A DNA stretch of 64,000 bases, taken from NCBI GenBank assembly GCA_963831005.1, contig CAWHOW010000016.1, forward strand, positions 71,934 to 135,933, given 5' to 3'. How positions within the stretch are numbered: position 1 is the first letter of the stretch; the number at the start of each line of letters is the position of its first letter. This document shows positions 30,541 through 41,734 of this stretch, in pieces. This DNA is from an uncultured Bacteroidota bacterium (GTDB lineage Bacteria > Bacteroidota > Bacteroidia > Bacteroidales > CG2-30-32-10). The notes below the pieces were generated by a model. That model had not been told where the DNA came from and did no database searches. It saw only the letters and a list, made by a program, of their open reading frames with translations. A program made the translations under genes and the position numbers.

Positions 30541-31445
30541 CACTTACCGAACAAGTAGCAAAGAATATTATCAGAAAACTTTTAAAAGGTGATGATTACA
30601 GAATTGAAGTTGTAACACTTATTAATGCTGAATTTTTGCAGTTTGCAATTGATTTTTTCAAGAAAGTCATTGATGCAAAATTAAAAAGTGATAACATTAC
30701 AGTCGATTGGTATAAAAAAGCATTTTTAAATCCGGCTTTACCTGCTAAAGAAATTGCAATCAATTCAGGATTGAATAAAAAGACAATTCATAATATGTTT
30801 AATTCTTCAACAAAGGAAATTATTATTGATGCTGCAAATGAACATTATGATGTGCTTTTTGAAAGCATAAAAAATTTAGTTGAGAACGAACATGAACTGG
30901 ATTTGACGCTTACAATAAAATTTAAAGGTGTTAGCGTTGATTTAAACGTAAGTGAAAGTTTAATTATAATCAATACGCTTGCTGTAAAACGAGCTGAACT
31001 AAGAGGCGGTTTGTGGAGTACAGCAGGTAAAAGAGTTGAAAACCCATTAATGAAAACACTTTGCAAACTATATTCTGTAAGCTCTGAAAATTACAATGCA
31101 AAATTCGTTAAAGACAAAGCTAAAGGGTTTGACAGAGAAATAGATTTCTATTTAATCAATAAGGGTAAAGAATATTTATGTGAAGTAAAACTTATGGGAA
31201 GTGGAAACCCAGAGAGTGCAGATGCGGTTATAGCGAGAGCATCAGATGTGTTTATTGCAGATAAACTTTCTATTCAAAATAAACATCAACTTGATTCACT
31301 AAAAATCAATTGGGTCGAATTACGCTCAAATGATGGTTATAAAAGATTTAAATTTGTATTAGAAAACATTGGCATTGAACATAAGGATTATAATGGAAAT
31401 ATTGATAATGATTTAGAACAAATATTTAATGAAGTATTTGCGTAA
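30537..31445 (+). CDS. Type II restriction endonuclease, CfrBI family
   Basis: LRGGLWSTAGKRVE, REIDFYL, CEVKLMGSGNPESAD (PD-D/ExK); ATGA overlap with the MTase. Confidence 0.82.
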   Translation: MTLTEQVAKNIIRKLLKGDDYRIEVVTLINAEFLQFAIDFFKKVIDAKLKSDNITVDWYKKAFLNPALPAKEIAINSGLNKKTIHNMFNSSTKEIIIDAANEHYDVLFESIKNLVENEHELDLTLTIKFKGVSVDLNVSESLIIINTLAVKRAELRGGLWSTAGKRVENPLMKTLCKLYSVSSENYNAKFVKDKAKGFDREIDFYLINKGKEYLCEVKLMGSGNPESADAVIARASDVFIADKLSIQNKHQLDSLKINWVELRSNDGYKRFKFVLENIGIEHKDYNGNIDNDLEQIFNEVFA

Positions 31446-31473
31446 ATTATTTATTCAATTAATTTACCCCTCA

Positions 31474-31507
31474 ATGTCGCTCGTTACGTTTCGCGCTCGC
31501 ATGGCTT
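31474..31507 (+). repeat. 34-bp dispersed intergenic repeat, copy A
   Basis: ATGTCGCTCGTTACGTTTCGCGCTCGCATGGCTT. Confidence 0.75.
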
Positions 31508-31543
31508 AGGGTATATGACCATTAAAAAACAAAAAATAAACAC

Positions 31544-32023
31544 ATGAAAAAAAATATTCTAATCAATCTATTGACCATTGCCGGCATAATAGTTTTAGGC
31601 ATTTTAATGATTTTGTTAGCTAAACCAAATCATTCAGGAGGATGGGAACAGGCGAGCACCTATTTTATTGAAGAAATATGGAGTCGGGCCAGCGGGCTGA
31701 CTATTATAGTATTTGGATTGGTTGTTTTAGCTATAATACTGATAAACCGCAAAAAACCGGAAAGCGCAAAACCGGAAAGCCCGAGCAGGGTATTTTTCGC
31801 TATTTCATTTTTCATTTTAAAAGTAACATTATTGCTTTATGCCATTATGCTTATTCAGTATGCGTTAGGAAACAATAATATTCTTTCACCCGATTATTCT
31901 TTTGATGATGGAAGCGTAGATACTATCAGTATGGTTTGCATTACATTTATAATTTGCTTTGGAATTATTACTTTAATTACATGGCTGATAAGCAAGCGTG
32001 CCGGAGGTAAATCGCCCAGTTGA
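31544..32023 (+). CDS. Hypothetical membrane protein (4 TM)
   Basis: Four hydrophobic segments, good start context. Confidence 0.7.
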   Translation: MKKNILINLLTIAGIIVLGILMILLAKPNHSGGWEQASTYFIEEIWSRASGLTIIVFGLVVLAIILINRKKPESAKPESPSRVFFAISFFILKVTLLLYAIMLIQYALGNNNILSPDYSFDDGSVDTISMVCITFIICFGIITLITWLISKRAGGKSPS

Positions 32024-32039
32024 TAACTTACTTGCTTCA

Positions 32040-32072
32040 ATGGCAACGTAAACTTTCGCGCTCGCCTGGCTG
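32040..32072 (+). repeat. 34-bp dispersed intergenic repeat, copy B
   Basis: ATGGCAACGTAAACTTTCGCGCTCGCCTGGCTG. Confidence 0.72.
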
Positions 32073-32223
32073 TGGGAAACATGAATTAAACAAACGAACA
32101 TTTGAACATTTGAACAATCGAATGAAGAAGTAAAAAGTCTGCTGTAGCGGAGAACAATTGAATAAGTATGAATGATATTTTGCGAAGCGGGATAAACCTG
32201 ATGTTTAATTTTAACTGAAAATT

Positions 32224-32916
32224 ATGTTTAAACATAATAACATAAATGCATCAGCTAATTTCACATTGCTATACCACCACGGTAATGGGTTGTGGAAAGT
32301 TGATAAAAAAGTAAATAGAAAGGAAACCAAAGAGGATATAGGAATTACATTAGATGATGTAAAAGAACTATATAGCATTCTAATTCAGGATAAAATAATA
32401 AGAATATTTAATATTTCTGACCGGGAAGCGTTGATATTAAAAATGAAGTGGCTTGAATTTAAAACATTTGCTGAAATTGGGGATCATCTTTGTATATCAA
32501 GGGTGAAAATACGCAAGGAATACGATTCAGCCATCGAAAAATTCAGATACGAGATAGCGCAGGTTGCTGAATTATACAATAAGAATATGGCTGTTATAGC
32601 TGAAAATTTAAAATTGAAAGAAGACGTTAGATTATTATTAAAGGAGTTTGAGAAAATAAATTTTAAAGAAAAAGAAGATGTCGGTCCGTTATATTTTACT
32701 GAATACATAGAACCTATTTATAAAAAACAGGTAGAGCAAATGGACTTATCATTGAGAACGATCAATAGTTTGCATAAAGAAGGCATTGCAACATTAGGAG
32801 ATATAATGGATAAGCCAAGAAATGATTTCTTGCGTATAAGAAATTTTGGAAAGAAATCGTTTGCTGAATTAGAATATTATTTAAAAGAACGCTTTGGTTT
32901 GAGATTAAAAAGATAA
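32224..32916 (+). CDS. Sigma-70 region-4-like HTH fused to an RNA polymerase alpha-CTD-like domain
   Basis: ISDREALILKMKW..TFAEIGDHLCISRVKIR; MDLSLRTINSLHKEGIATLGDI...RIRNFGKKSFAEL. Confidence 0.82.
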   Translation: MFKHNNINASANFTLLYHHGNGLWKVDKKVNRKETKEDIGITLDDVKELYSILIQDKIIRIFNISDREALILKMKWLEFKTFAEIGDHLCISRVKIRKEYDSAIEKFRYEIAQVAELYNKNMAVIAENLKLKEDVRLLLKEFEKINFKEKEDVGPLYFTEYIEPIYKKQVEQMDLSLRTINSLHKEGIATLGDIMDKPRNDFLRIRNFGKKSFAELEYYLKERFGLRLKR

Positions 32917-32940
32917 TATTTCAGCATGATAGTTTCTTTT

Positions 32941-32974
32941 ATGTCGCTCGTAAAGTTTCGCGCTCGGCTGCCTG
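32941..32974 (+). repeat. 34-bp dispersed intergenic repeat, copy C
   Basis: ATGTCGCTCGTAAAGTTTCGCGCTCGGCTGCCTG. Confidence 0.75.
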
Positions 32975-33033
32975 TCCTTTTATAGTAATGAGTAACTAGT
33001 AGTGAGTAATATCTCTTTTTTAAATATCAATGA

Positions 33034-33963
33034 TCAATCATTCACTTTTTCAAATACTATCCTGTAATGCTCGAATATTTCTTTTTGGAAAAGAGCTGTG
33101 TTAGCACCTGTATTCCATCGTCCAATATAATCCCGAAATGACTTTTTAAATAAATATCTGGGAATAAGTGAAGCATAATACAAATACTTTTTAAGATTAA
33201 ATTTCAGGAATTTTTCAGTCCATCGCACAATTGTTTCAATATAATCTAACCTTCCACTATCAATTGATAGTACTTTAAAGTATTTTGAAGCAGGATTAAT
33301 AAGTCCTTCCTTACCATAAGGAAGCCAGGATCCTGGAAATACCTGTGTTATTATATCAACCAGTTCTTCATCTGTAAAGTCCTTTAATTTTTTCTTTATA
33401 TCGGTTTGATTAAAACGGATATTTTCAAATTTAACCATGTTTGGTCCAAAAACCATAGTCTGGCAATAAAAGCGTCCGCCTATAGGCAATAGATCAGCCA
33501 CTTGTTTCATATATGTTTCATATATTTGTTCCTGTTTACCGGCTTTATACTCCTCGATAGAGCACAAATGTTCAGGACTTCCCATAGCGGTTACCACATC
33601 AAACTTTCCAAAAGTTTCAGGGGTTATATCTTTAGAATCCATATGCCTGACATTCATCCCGTTTTTAATACAGGCATCTGACTGTCCCTCAGCTAATACA
33701 ACACCATAGGTATTAACACCCATCTTGTTTAAATAATCAATAAATGCGCCCCAACCGCATCCCATATCAAGAACTTTTGAGCCTTTTTTAATATTACAGT
33801 TATCAACAATAAACTTATGTTTTTTTGTTTGTGCTTCTTCTATAGTTAATGAATGATCACCATCAAATCTGGCACAACTATAAGCGCCTTTTTCGCCAAC
33901 GCTGTAACGGAAAATTTTATCCAAAACGGTATAAAGAGCATCTAAATCTTTTTGTACTGCCAT
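33034..33963 (-). CDS. Cyclopropane fatty acid synthase / mycolic-acid methyltransferase family SAM methyltransferase
   Basis: YSCARF, TIEEAQTKK, VLDMGCGWGA, MGSPEH, VFPGSWLP, DYIETIVRW. Confidence 0.85.
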   Translation of the reverse strand: MAVQKDLDALYTVLDKIFRYSVGEKGAYSCARFDGDHSLTIEEAQTKKHKFIVDNCNIKKGSKVLDMGCGWGAFIDYLNKMGVNTYGVVLAEGQSDACIKNGMNVRHMDSKDITPETFGKFDVVTAMGSPEHLCSIEEYKAGKQEQIYETYMKQVADLLPIGGRFYCQTMVFGPNMVKFENIRFNQTDIKKKLKDFTDEELVDIITQVFPGSWLPYGKEGLINPASKYFKVLSIDSGRLDYIETIVRWTEKFLKFNLKKYLYYASLIPRYLFKKSFRDYIGRWNTGANTALFQKEIFEHYRIVFEKVND

Positions 33964-34055
33964 GTTTTTTTATTTAAATTTAACTAAAATTTTTATTACT
34001 AACGAGCAAAAATATGTAATAAACTTAACACCTCCAAAAATTAAATAAATCTTTG

Positions 34056-34089
34056 TTGGCGCCAGCTAAGGTTCGTTATCGCCAGCCTG
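34056..34089 (+). repeat. 34-bp dispersed intergenic repeat, degenerate copy D
   Basis: TTGGCGCCAGCTAAGGTTCGTTATCGCCAGCCTG; shares downstream TTTTATAGTAAnGAGTAA with copy C. Confidence 0.55.
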
Positions 34090-34264
34090 TTTTTTATAGT
34101 AACGAGTAATGTGTAGTTAGTAACAAGTAATGAGGTACATTAGTATCCTCGCACTGATAACAAACAGGTTTTGAGCACACGAAAATGAACCAATAATATT
34201 TCAGCATCAAGCTAAAGCAATAATATACTTCATTACCAATTCATCCGAATTAACACAGCATCAT

Positions 34265-34299
34265 AAAAAAACCCGACATTATTAATTGCCGGGGTTTTT
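34265..34299 (-). terminator. Intrinsic terminator
   Basis: AAAAAAACCCG...CGGGGTTTTT downstream of 34338. Confidence 0.75.
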
Positions 34300-34337
34300 C
34301 TTTATACAGAAAATCTGTCTCTTAGCGGGTTAAACAT

Positions 34338-37300
34338 TTAATTCTTCACCACTTTAATGGTAGCTGTTTTCCCGTCGGGAGTAATAATGTCAACAAAATA
34401 AATTCCTGCGTCTCCATCAATACTAAGGTTTACAGTCTTCGTTATATTTGTTTTAGTGTTAAATACCACCTGTCCTAAAACATTACTTATCCTGATGGTG
34501 GCATTGTTGTAATCAGCTCCCATATCTAAAGTGATATCTCCGTTTGTAGGATTCGGATAAACAGTGAACGAACTGCCAAAGGTATTATGTCCAACACCCG
34601 TTATAACCATTTGGTAACAGGATGAAGTATCTGAACAGCTGCCTTCGGTAACTATCACAGCATAGAAACCGTCAGCGGTTGCTGTATAACTTTGGTTAGT
34701 TGCACCGGTGATAAGCGAATAGTCTGTACTGCAATCCACCCAGTGGTAAGTAGCACCTGTGGCATTAGCTGTAAGCGTATTAGCTGTAATGGTAACAGAT
34801 GTATCAACTGTAGTGATGGTCAGATGCAAAGTAGCAGTACTGTCGCAACCTTTGGAATTTGTAGTGCTATACGTCTTATTACCCGAAGTGGTATAAGTTG
34901 TGCCATTCCATAAATAACTATCGCAAGCAGAAATTGTAGTGCTTGATGTGCTGCTGCTGTTGATAGTTAAATGCAAAGTAGCAGTACTGTCGCAACCTAT
35001 GGAATTGGTGGTATTATACGTCTTATCACCCGAAGTGGTATAAGTTGTGCCATTCCACAAATAACTATTGCAGGCTGCAAGCGAAGTGCTTGATGTGCTG
35101 CTGCTGTTGATGGTTAAATGTAAGGTAGCAGTACTGTCGCAACCTTTGGAATTGGTAGTGCTATACGTCTTATCACCCGAAGTAGTATACGTAGTTCCAT
35201 TCCATAAATAACTATCGCAAGCAGAAATTGTAGTGCTTGATGTGCTGCTGCTGTTGATAGTTAAATGCAAAGTAGCAGTACTGTCGCAACCTTTGGAATT
35301 GGTGGTATTATACGTCTTATCACCCGAAGTGGTATAAGTTGTGCCATTCCACAAATAACTATTGCAGGCTGCAAGCGAAGTGCTTGATGTGCTGCTGCTG
35401 TTGATGGTTAAATGTAAGGTAGCAGTACTGTCGCAACCTTTGGAATTGGTAGTGCTATACGTCTTATCGCCCGAAGTGGTATACGTAGTTCCATTCCATA
35501 AATAACTATCGCATGCTGCAACTGTAGTACTTGATGTGGTACTGCTGTTGATAGTTAAATGCAAGGTGGCTGTGCTGTCGCAACCTTTGGAATTGGTAGT
35601 GTTAAACGTCTTATCGCCCGAAGTGGTATACGTAGTTCCATTCCATAAATAACTATTGCAGGCTGCAACTGTAGTACTTGATGTGGTACTGCTGTTGATA
35701 GTTAAATGCAAGGTGGCTGTGCTGTCGCAACCTTTGGAATTGGTAGTGTTAAACGTCTTATCGCCCGAGGTGGTATACGTAGTTCCATTCCATAAATAAC
35801 TATTGCAGGCTGCAACTGTAGTGCTTGATGTGGTGCTGTGATTAACAGTTAGATGCAGGGTTACTGTTGAATCACATCCGGCGGCATTAGTGAGAATAGT
35901 AGATTCACTTCCTGTAGAATAATAGGTAGTACCATACCATGTTAAACTATCACAGCTTATAGCAGTAGTATCACCTGTGCTGTTAGAAGGCATTTTTCCG
36001 CTTATTACGTTGCTGTTTGCGCTTGAATCATTGCTGTTGTATGCCCTTAACCTGTAGTAATATGATGCACCGCAGGTAAAGCCATTAACACTGTATGTTG
36101 TTACATTGCCGACATTCAGATTATTAAATCCGGGAATAAAATTGGTGAAAGTAGTATCAGTTGCAACATCCAGTTTATAATACGTTGCTTCGCTTGAAGC
36201 CATCCAGTTGGCATAGAAGCCTGTCGGGGTAAAATTTGTAGCGGCTGTGGCAACAGGAGGTACAAGCAAAGTCCTGAACGTAGTATCATTACCATAACTT
36301 AATCCGGCGCTGTCTATGCTGTATGCTCGTATATAGTAAACCGTATCGGGCATGAGGTCAGCCAATGCTAAAGTATAATTACCGGTGCTAAATGATCCTG
36401 TTTCATAAACTGTGCTGTCCATTATAATCGGACAAGGCATAGTACTGTAACAGATTCCCCTTGTGGTAGCATTGTCGGAACCAATGTTGGTAATAGCGGC
36501 AGTAAAATTAACGGAACTATCTTTTACATTTGAATAGCTAATGGTTGCAAGAGTCTGGTCACCTTCGCCAAATACATCTGCCTGTGAAGCTACCCAGTTT
36601 GAAGTGGGGCCATTTAATGCAAGATTATATAATGTACCATTATTTCCGTTAGAGGTAATATCCTTTAAGGTTGTAATACCCGAATTATTTCCACCGGCAA
36701 TTCCCTGGTCAAAATTATAATAAGCAACTAATCCGGTTTCTGTTCCTGTAGTGGATATATTCATATCAGACCTGATATCACATGCAGTGCGGGCAACATT
36801 CCAGATGCGGACCTCGTCTATTCTTCCATCAAAAAAGTAATTAGGAGGACCTTCTGTAGTTCCTGCTCCAATCCTGAGACTCCTTGATGTGTTAGTGACA
36901 TATCCGGTATTATGACCTACCAGGATGCCATTAACATAGAAATTGAGTGATGTGCCATCATATGTGGCTGCTAAATGTGTCCACTCTCCATAATTAATAC
37001 TGGGGCCTGCACATACTGACCAACTCGAACCATTGCCACTCCAAAACTCCCATGTGTCGGATGCGCTGGCATAAATTACATAGCCACTAAGGGGTGAGTC
37101 GTCGCGGCTGGTCATCACAGAACGATATGTTCCGTATCCGCCATTAGGCATTACCCATGCCTCAATGGTAAACTGAGGAGGATTAAGCTGTGCGGAATAT
37201 GGAACTTCAACGTAATCGTCAATGCCGTCAAAATCGAGTGCGTTTCCAGGAGGAAGAAGTTTATTGGTTGTAAAGCTGGTATCATTGCCATAACTTAAGC

Positions 37301-40300
37301 CTGCACTATCTATGCTATAAGCTCTTGCGTAGTAAGTGGTATTGGGCTGCAACTTTGTCAATTCAAAAGAATAATTTCCTGTCCCAAAAGAACCGGTTTC
37401 AAATACTGTGCTGTCTGTTATATTAACACATGGTGTTGCGCTGTAACAGATTCCTCTTGTAGTAGCATTTCCTGATCCAATATTTGTGATCGAAGCGGTA
37501 AAATTAACCGAACTGTCGGTTACATTGGAATAGCTTATATTCTCAAGTGTTTGACCACCATCACCATACACGTTTACCTGTGAAGTTACCCAGTTTGAAA
37601 TACTGTCATTCAATGCAAAATTATTCAATGTGCCATTATAACTATAAGATGAAATATCAGGTAAATTTGTAACACCTGCATTATTTCTAAATGCGATGCC
37701 CCTGGTCAAAATTATAACAGGCGACTAAGCCCGGTTCTGTTCCTTTCAGTGTTTGGTTCATATCTGTTCTGATATCACATGCTGAGCGCACAACATTCCA
37801 TATATGCACTTCATCCATTTGTCCGTTAAAATAACCATCAGGGCCAAAGTTGCTTTTTCCCAGATAACAAATATTTCGTGTAATATCAGATGGGGGATTT
37901 ATTAATCCTGAAGCACGCTCCTGGCCATTGATATAGATTTTACCCATTCCTGTACTGTCAACAGTGCAGGCTATATGTGTCCATTCGCCTGTTACTAGAA
38001 CATTCGGGAGATCAAGTTCAGCGTTATTACTGCCCGGTGTAGTAACCAAAGCTAATGTATTTGTTGTTGCAACATTACTTACAAAAATTTCATTATTTCC
38101 GGCTCCAATACATAAAACCATTAAGCGGGACCAATTGTTAAAACTGTTCCATTTTGCCCAGCCTTCAAAGGTGAATCCTGTTGAGAAATTTCCGAGAGGC
38201 GAAACAGTGCCAAGATCAACATAATCATCTGTTCCGTCAAAAGCAAGCGCGTTACCGGGAGTAAGAAGTTTTTTAGTTGTAAAGCTGGTATCATTACCAT
38301 AACTTAAGCCGTTACTATCAATGCTATATGCTCTTGCATGGTAAGTAGTATTAGGCAATAGGTTTGTAAGTTCTAAAGTATATGCGCCTGTGCCAAAAGA
38401 ACCGGTTTCAAATACAGTACTGTCTGTTATATTAACACAAGATGTTTTGCTGTAACAGATCCCTCTTGTTGTAGCGTTGCCGGGACCTATATTAGTAATA
38501 GAGGCTGTAAAATTAACTGTACTATCCGTCAAACCAGAAAAACCGATGCTTGAAAGCGACTGGTCACCTGAATTATATAACTTGGCATTGGAAGCAATCC
38601 AGTTTGAGCTTGCACCATTTAATGCAAAATTATATAAAGTACCATTATTTCCATTGGTCGAATTATCCGTTAAGGTTGTAACACCTGCATTATTGCCATC
38701 TGCAATGCCCTGGTCGAAATTATAGTATGCAACCAATCCCGGTTCTGAGCCGGTAAGAGTCTTATTCATGTATGATCTGATATCACATGCTGAACGTGCA
38801 ATATTCCAAAGCCTGAATTCATCAATGCTACCATAAAAGATACTACCGCCTTCGCGCGTTCCAATATCAAGAGGATTTGAGTTTGTACCTATTGTTCCAC
38901 TGCCAGCCACTGAATCTTCAAGAGTTCCATCAACGTACATTTTTATTACGTTAGTAATATCATCCCAAGTTGCAGCAATATGGTGCCAGTTTCCGTCACT
39001 AACAACACTTGTACTATAAAGCCAACCGGTTGAAATATTAGATATATAAAAACCTGCCTTTCCTGTACCGCCAACTCCAACAGAAAAATAATACGCGCCT
39101 TCAGACTTAGTTGCTATATATTCTTCTGAGTAATTGGTTGTGTTAATCCAGCATTCCATTGTTATTCCTGAAGTAAAATCTAATACGCTGTTGTTCGGGA
39201 TTTCAACATAATCATTTACACCATCAAAATTAAGAGCATTTCCAGGAGGAAGGAGCTTTTTAGTTTTAAAACTGGTGTCATTTCCGTAACTTAATCCCAG
39301 GCTGTCTATGCTATAATCTCTTGCATAGTATGTTGTATCCGGCAACAAGTTCGTTAGTTCTAAAGTATAAGCACCGATGCCAAATGAACCTGTCTGAAAT
39401 CTAATGCTATCAGAAATATCCGGACAAGGTGATGTACTGTAACAAACCCCTCTTTTGGTAGCATTACCAGAATTAATATTGGTAATTGAGGCAGTAACAC
39501 TAACCGAGTCTACTAAAATAACAGGAAAACTTAAAGCAGAAAGTGTTTGACCACCTTCACCGTAAACATTTGCCTGTGAGGACACCCAGTTTGAAGTATT
39601 TCCATCCAGTGTAAAATTATTTAATGTACCGTTATATGCATTAGCCGATAAATCAGGCAAGGTAGTAATGCCTGCATTATTACTATCTGCAATACCCTGG
39701 TCAAAATTATAATAAGCTACCAGTCCGTTTTCAGTACCTGAAAGGGGTTGGTTCATATCTAATTTTATTTCACAGGCATTGCGCACAACATTCCATATCC
39801 GTACTTCATCCATTTCCCCATTAAAGTAAGAATCTTGCGACCAGTTGCTACGTCCCAGATAGCAGATAGATCTTGCAACATTAGCAGGCGCAAACATTGA
39901 ACCTGATGCAGCTTCAACCCCATTTATATATATATAACCCAATCCATTGGAATCCACTGTTACGGCTATGTGTGTCCAGACGCCTGCGGTTAATGCATTT
40001 GGCACTTCAATGTCGCTGCCGGTGGTTCCGGAAAAAACAGTGAAATTAAGATCGTTTGTTATATAGTCATTAGCAATTAATATATTATCATAGCCTGGGC
40101 CATTTGCAATATCCAATAAACGAGACCAACTATTGAAACTATTCCACTTTGCCCATGCTTCAAATGTAAAGCCTTTAGAGAAATTTCCGGCAGGTGAAAC
40201 CGAACCTAGATCAACATAATCATCATTACCGTCAAAATCAAGAGCATTTCCGGGAGGAAGAAGTTTTTTTGTTGTAAAACTGATTTCGTTACCATAACTT

Positions 40301-41370
40301 AAACCTGCACTGTCAATGCTATAAGCTCTTGCATAGTAGGTGGTATTATACAACAGTTTTTTCAATTCAAAAGAATAACTGCCTGTTCCGAATGACCCTG
40401 AATCAGAAACATTGCTATTAGATATATCAGGACAAGGCGATGTGCTGTAACAAATCCCCCTTAATGTTGCATTATACAAACCAATGCTGGTGATGCCGGT
40501 GGTTAAATAAACTGAATCTGTAGCAAGATCTGAAAAACTTATATTACTTAGCGTTTGATCACCTGTATTGTATACATTAGCCAGGGAAACTACCCAGTTT
40601 GAAGTGGAGCCGTTCAATGTAAAATCAACCAATGTGCCGTCGTTGCCATTTCCTGTAATATCAGGCAGTGTGGTAACACCTGCATTATTACTGTCTGCCA
40701 AGCCTATGTTAAAATTATAATATGCCAGCAAGCCGCTTTCTGTTCCTGCGAGGTATTTATTAACATCCGACCTGATATCACATGCAGGGCGTGCCACGTT
40801 CCATACACTTACTTCGTCCATATTTCCGTTAAACTGGTATCTGCCTGGATATCCGCAACCCATATCATTTCCAGCGAAGCAGTTGTTGGAACCCGACAGG
40901 GCAATTGTATCATTAAACAGCGTTGAGGCTTCAAGATTTCCATTTATATAGAGCATGATAGAATCTCCATTAGATGTTACGGCAACATGTGTCCATGCTC
41001 CGATTGCTATATTGTCCGTTTGTACTACTTCCGCTGTAAGTCCTGACGATTTCCCGTAGGCAATAAAATGGATCTTTCCATCACTGGGTACGCCGGCATG
41101 ATAACATGTCTGCTCAGGGCCAATGCTGAGCACCCAACTGGGGCAATACCAACCGCACCATCCATGATAAAATAACAACTGGCTGCTTGTTGAATTTGGC
41201 TGTATCCAGCACTCAAGTGTAAAATCAGGAGTCGTTAAATTCCATGTATCATCAGTAAATTGAACATAACTAGCAACGCCATCAAAGGCAAGAGCATTTC
41301 CGGCTTGCTGTGCTCTACTTGTATGTAATCCAAGCATTAAGCAAGTAATAAATAATAAAGTTTTTTTCAT
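34338..41370 (-). CDS. Giant T9SS-sorted surface protein (about 2340 aa): five LamG+FN3 modules, FN3, eight 49-aa Cys/Thr repeats, CTD; +1 frameshift at 37699-37702
   Basis: NALxFDG...WTHIA...G.MDEV.IWNVAR x5; removing one base restores YNFDQGIA as in the sister modules; CTD VYPNPTNG...GIYFVDI. Confidence 0.88.
34810..35985 (-). repeat. 147-bp coding tandem repeat, 8 copies
   Basis: ACNSYLWNGTTYTTSGDKTYNTTNSKGCDSTATLHLTIN units, near-identical DNA. Confidence 0.92.
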
Positions 41371-41734
41371 AGTTTAATTGATTGTATTTGTTTAAACATA
41401 AAATTGTTAATCATTTCACAAGCCAAAGATAAAATAAAAATTTATTTTATTTGAAAATGTTAAATTTTTATTAAAATCAAAATGATTAGCTTACTCTCCA
41501 ATAGAATAAAAACAAAATTGAAGTTAGGAGGGCGACTTAAATTATTTATTCGGGAACGATCAGCTGTCTTGGTGAAAAACAGTTTTACGAGAATTAATAC
41601 ATATAAATATAAACAAAGAAAGGATATATTACTTCTAAGAAGTAATAAAGAAATCATAATTTCAGAATTTTATTCCTTATACGGATGTAAGCAAATTCAT
41701 GGCACTTTAGGCACTTCTTATTTGCGAAGCCTAT

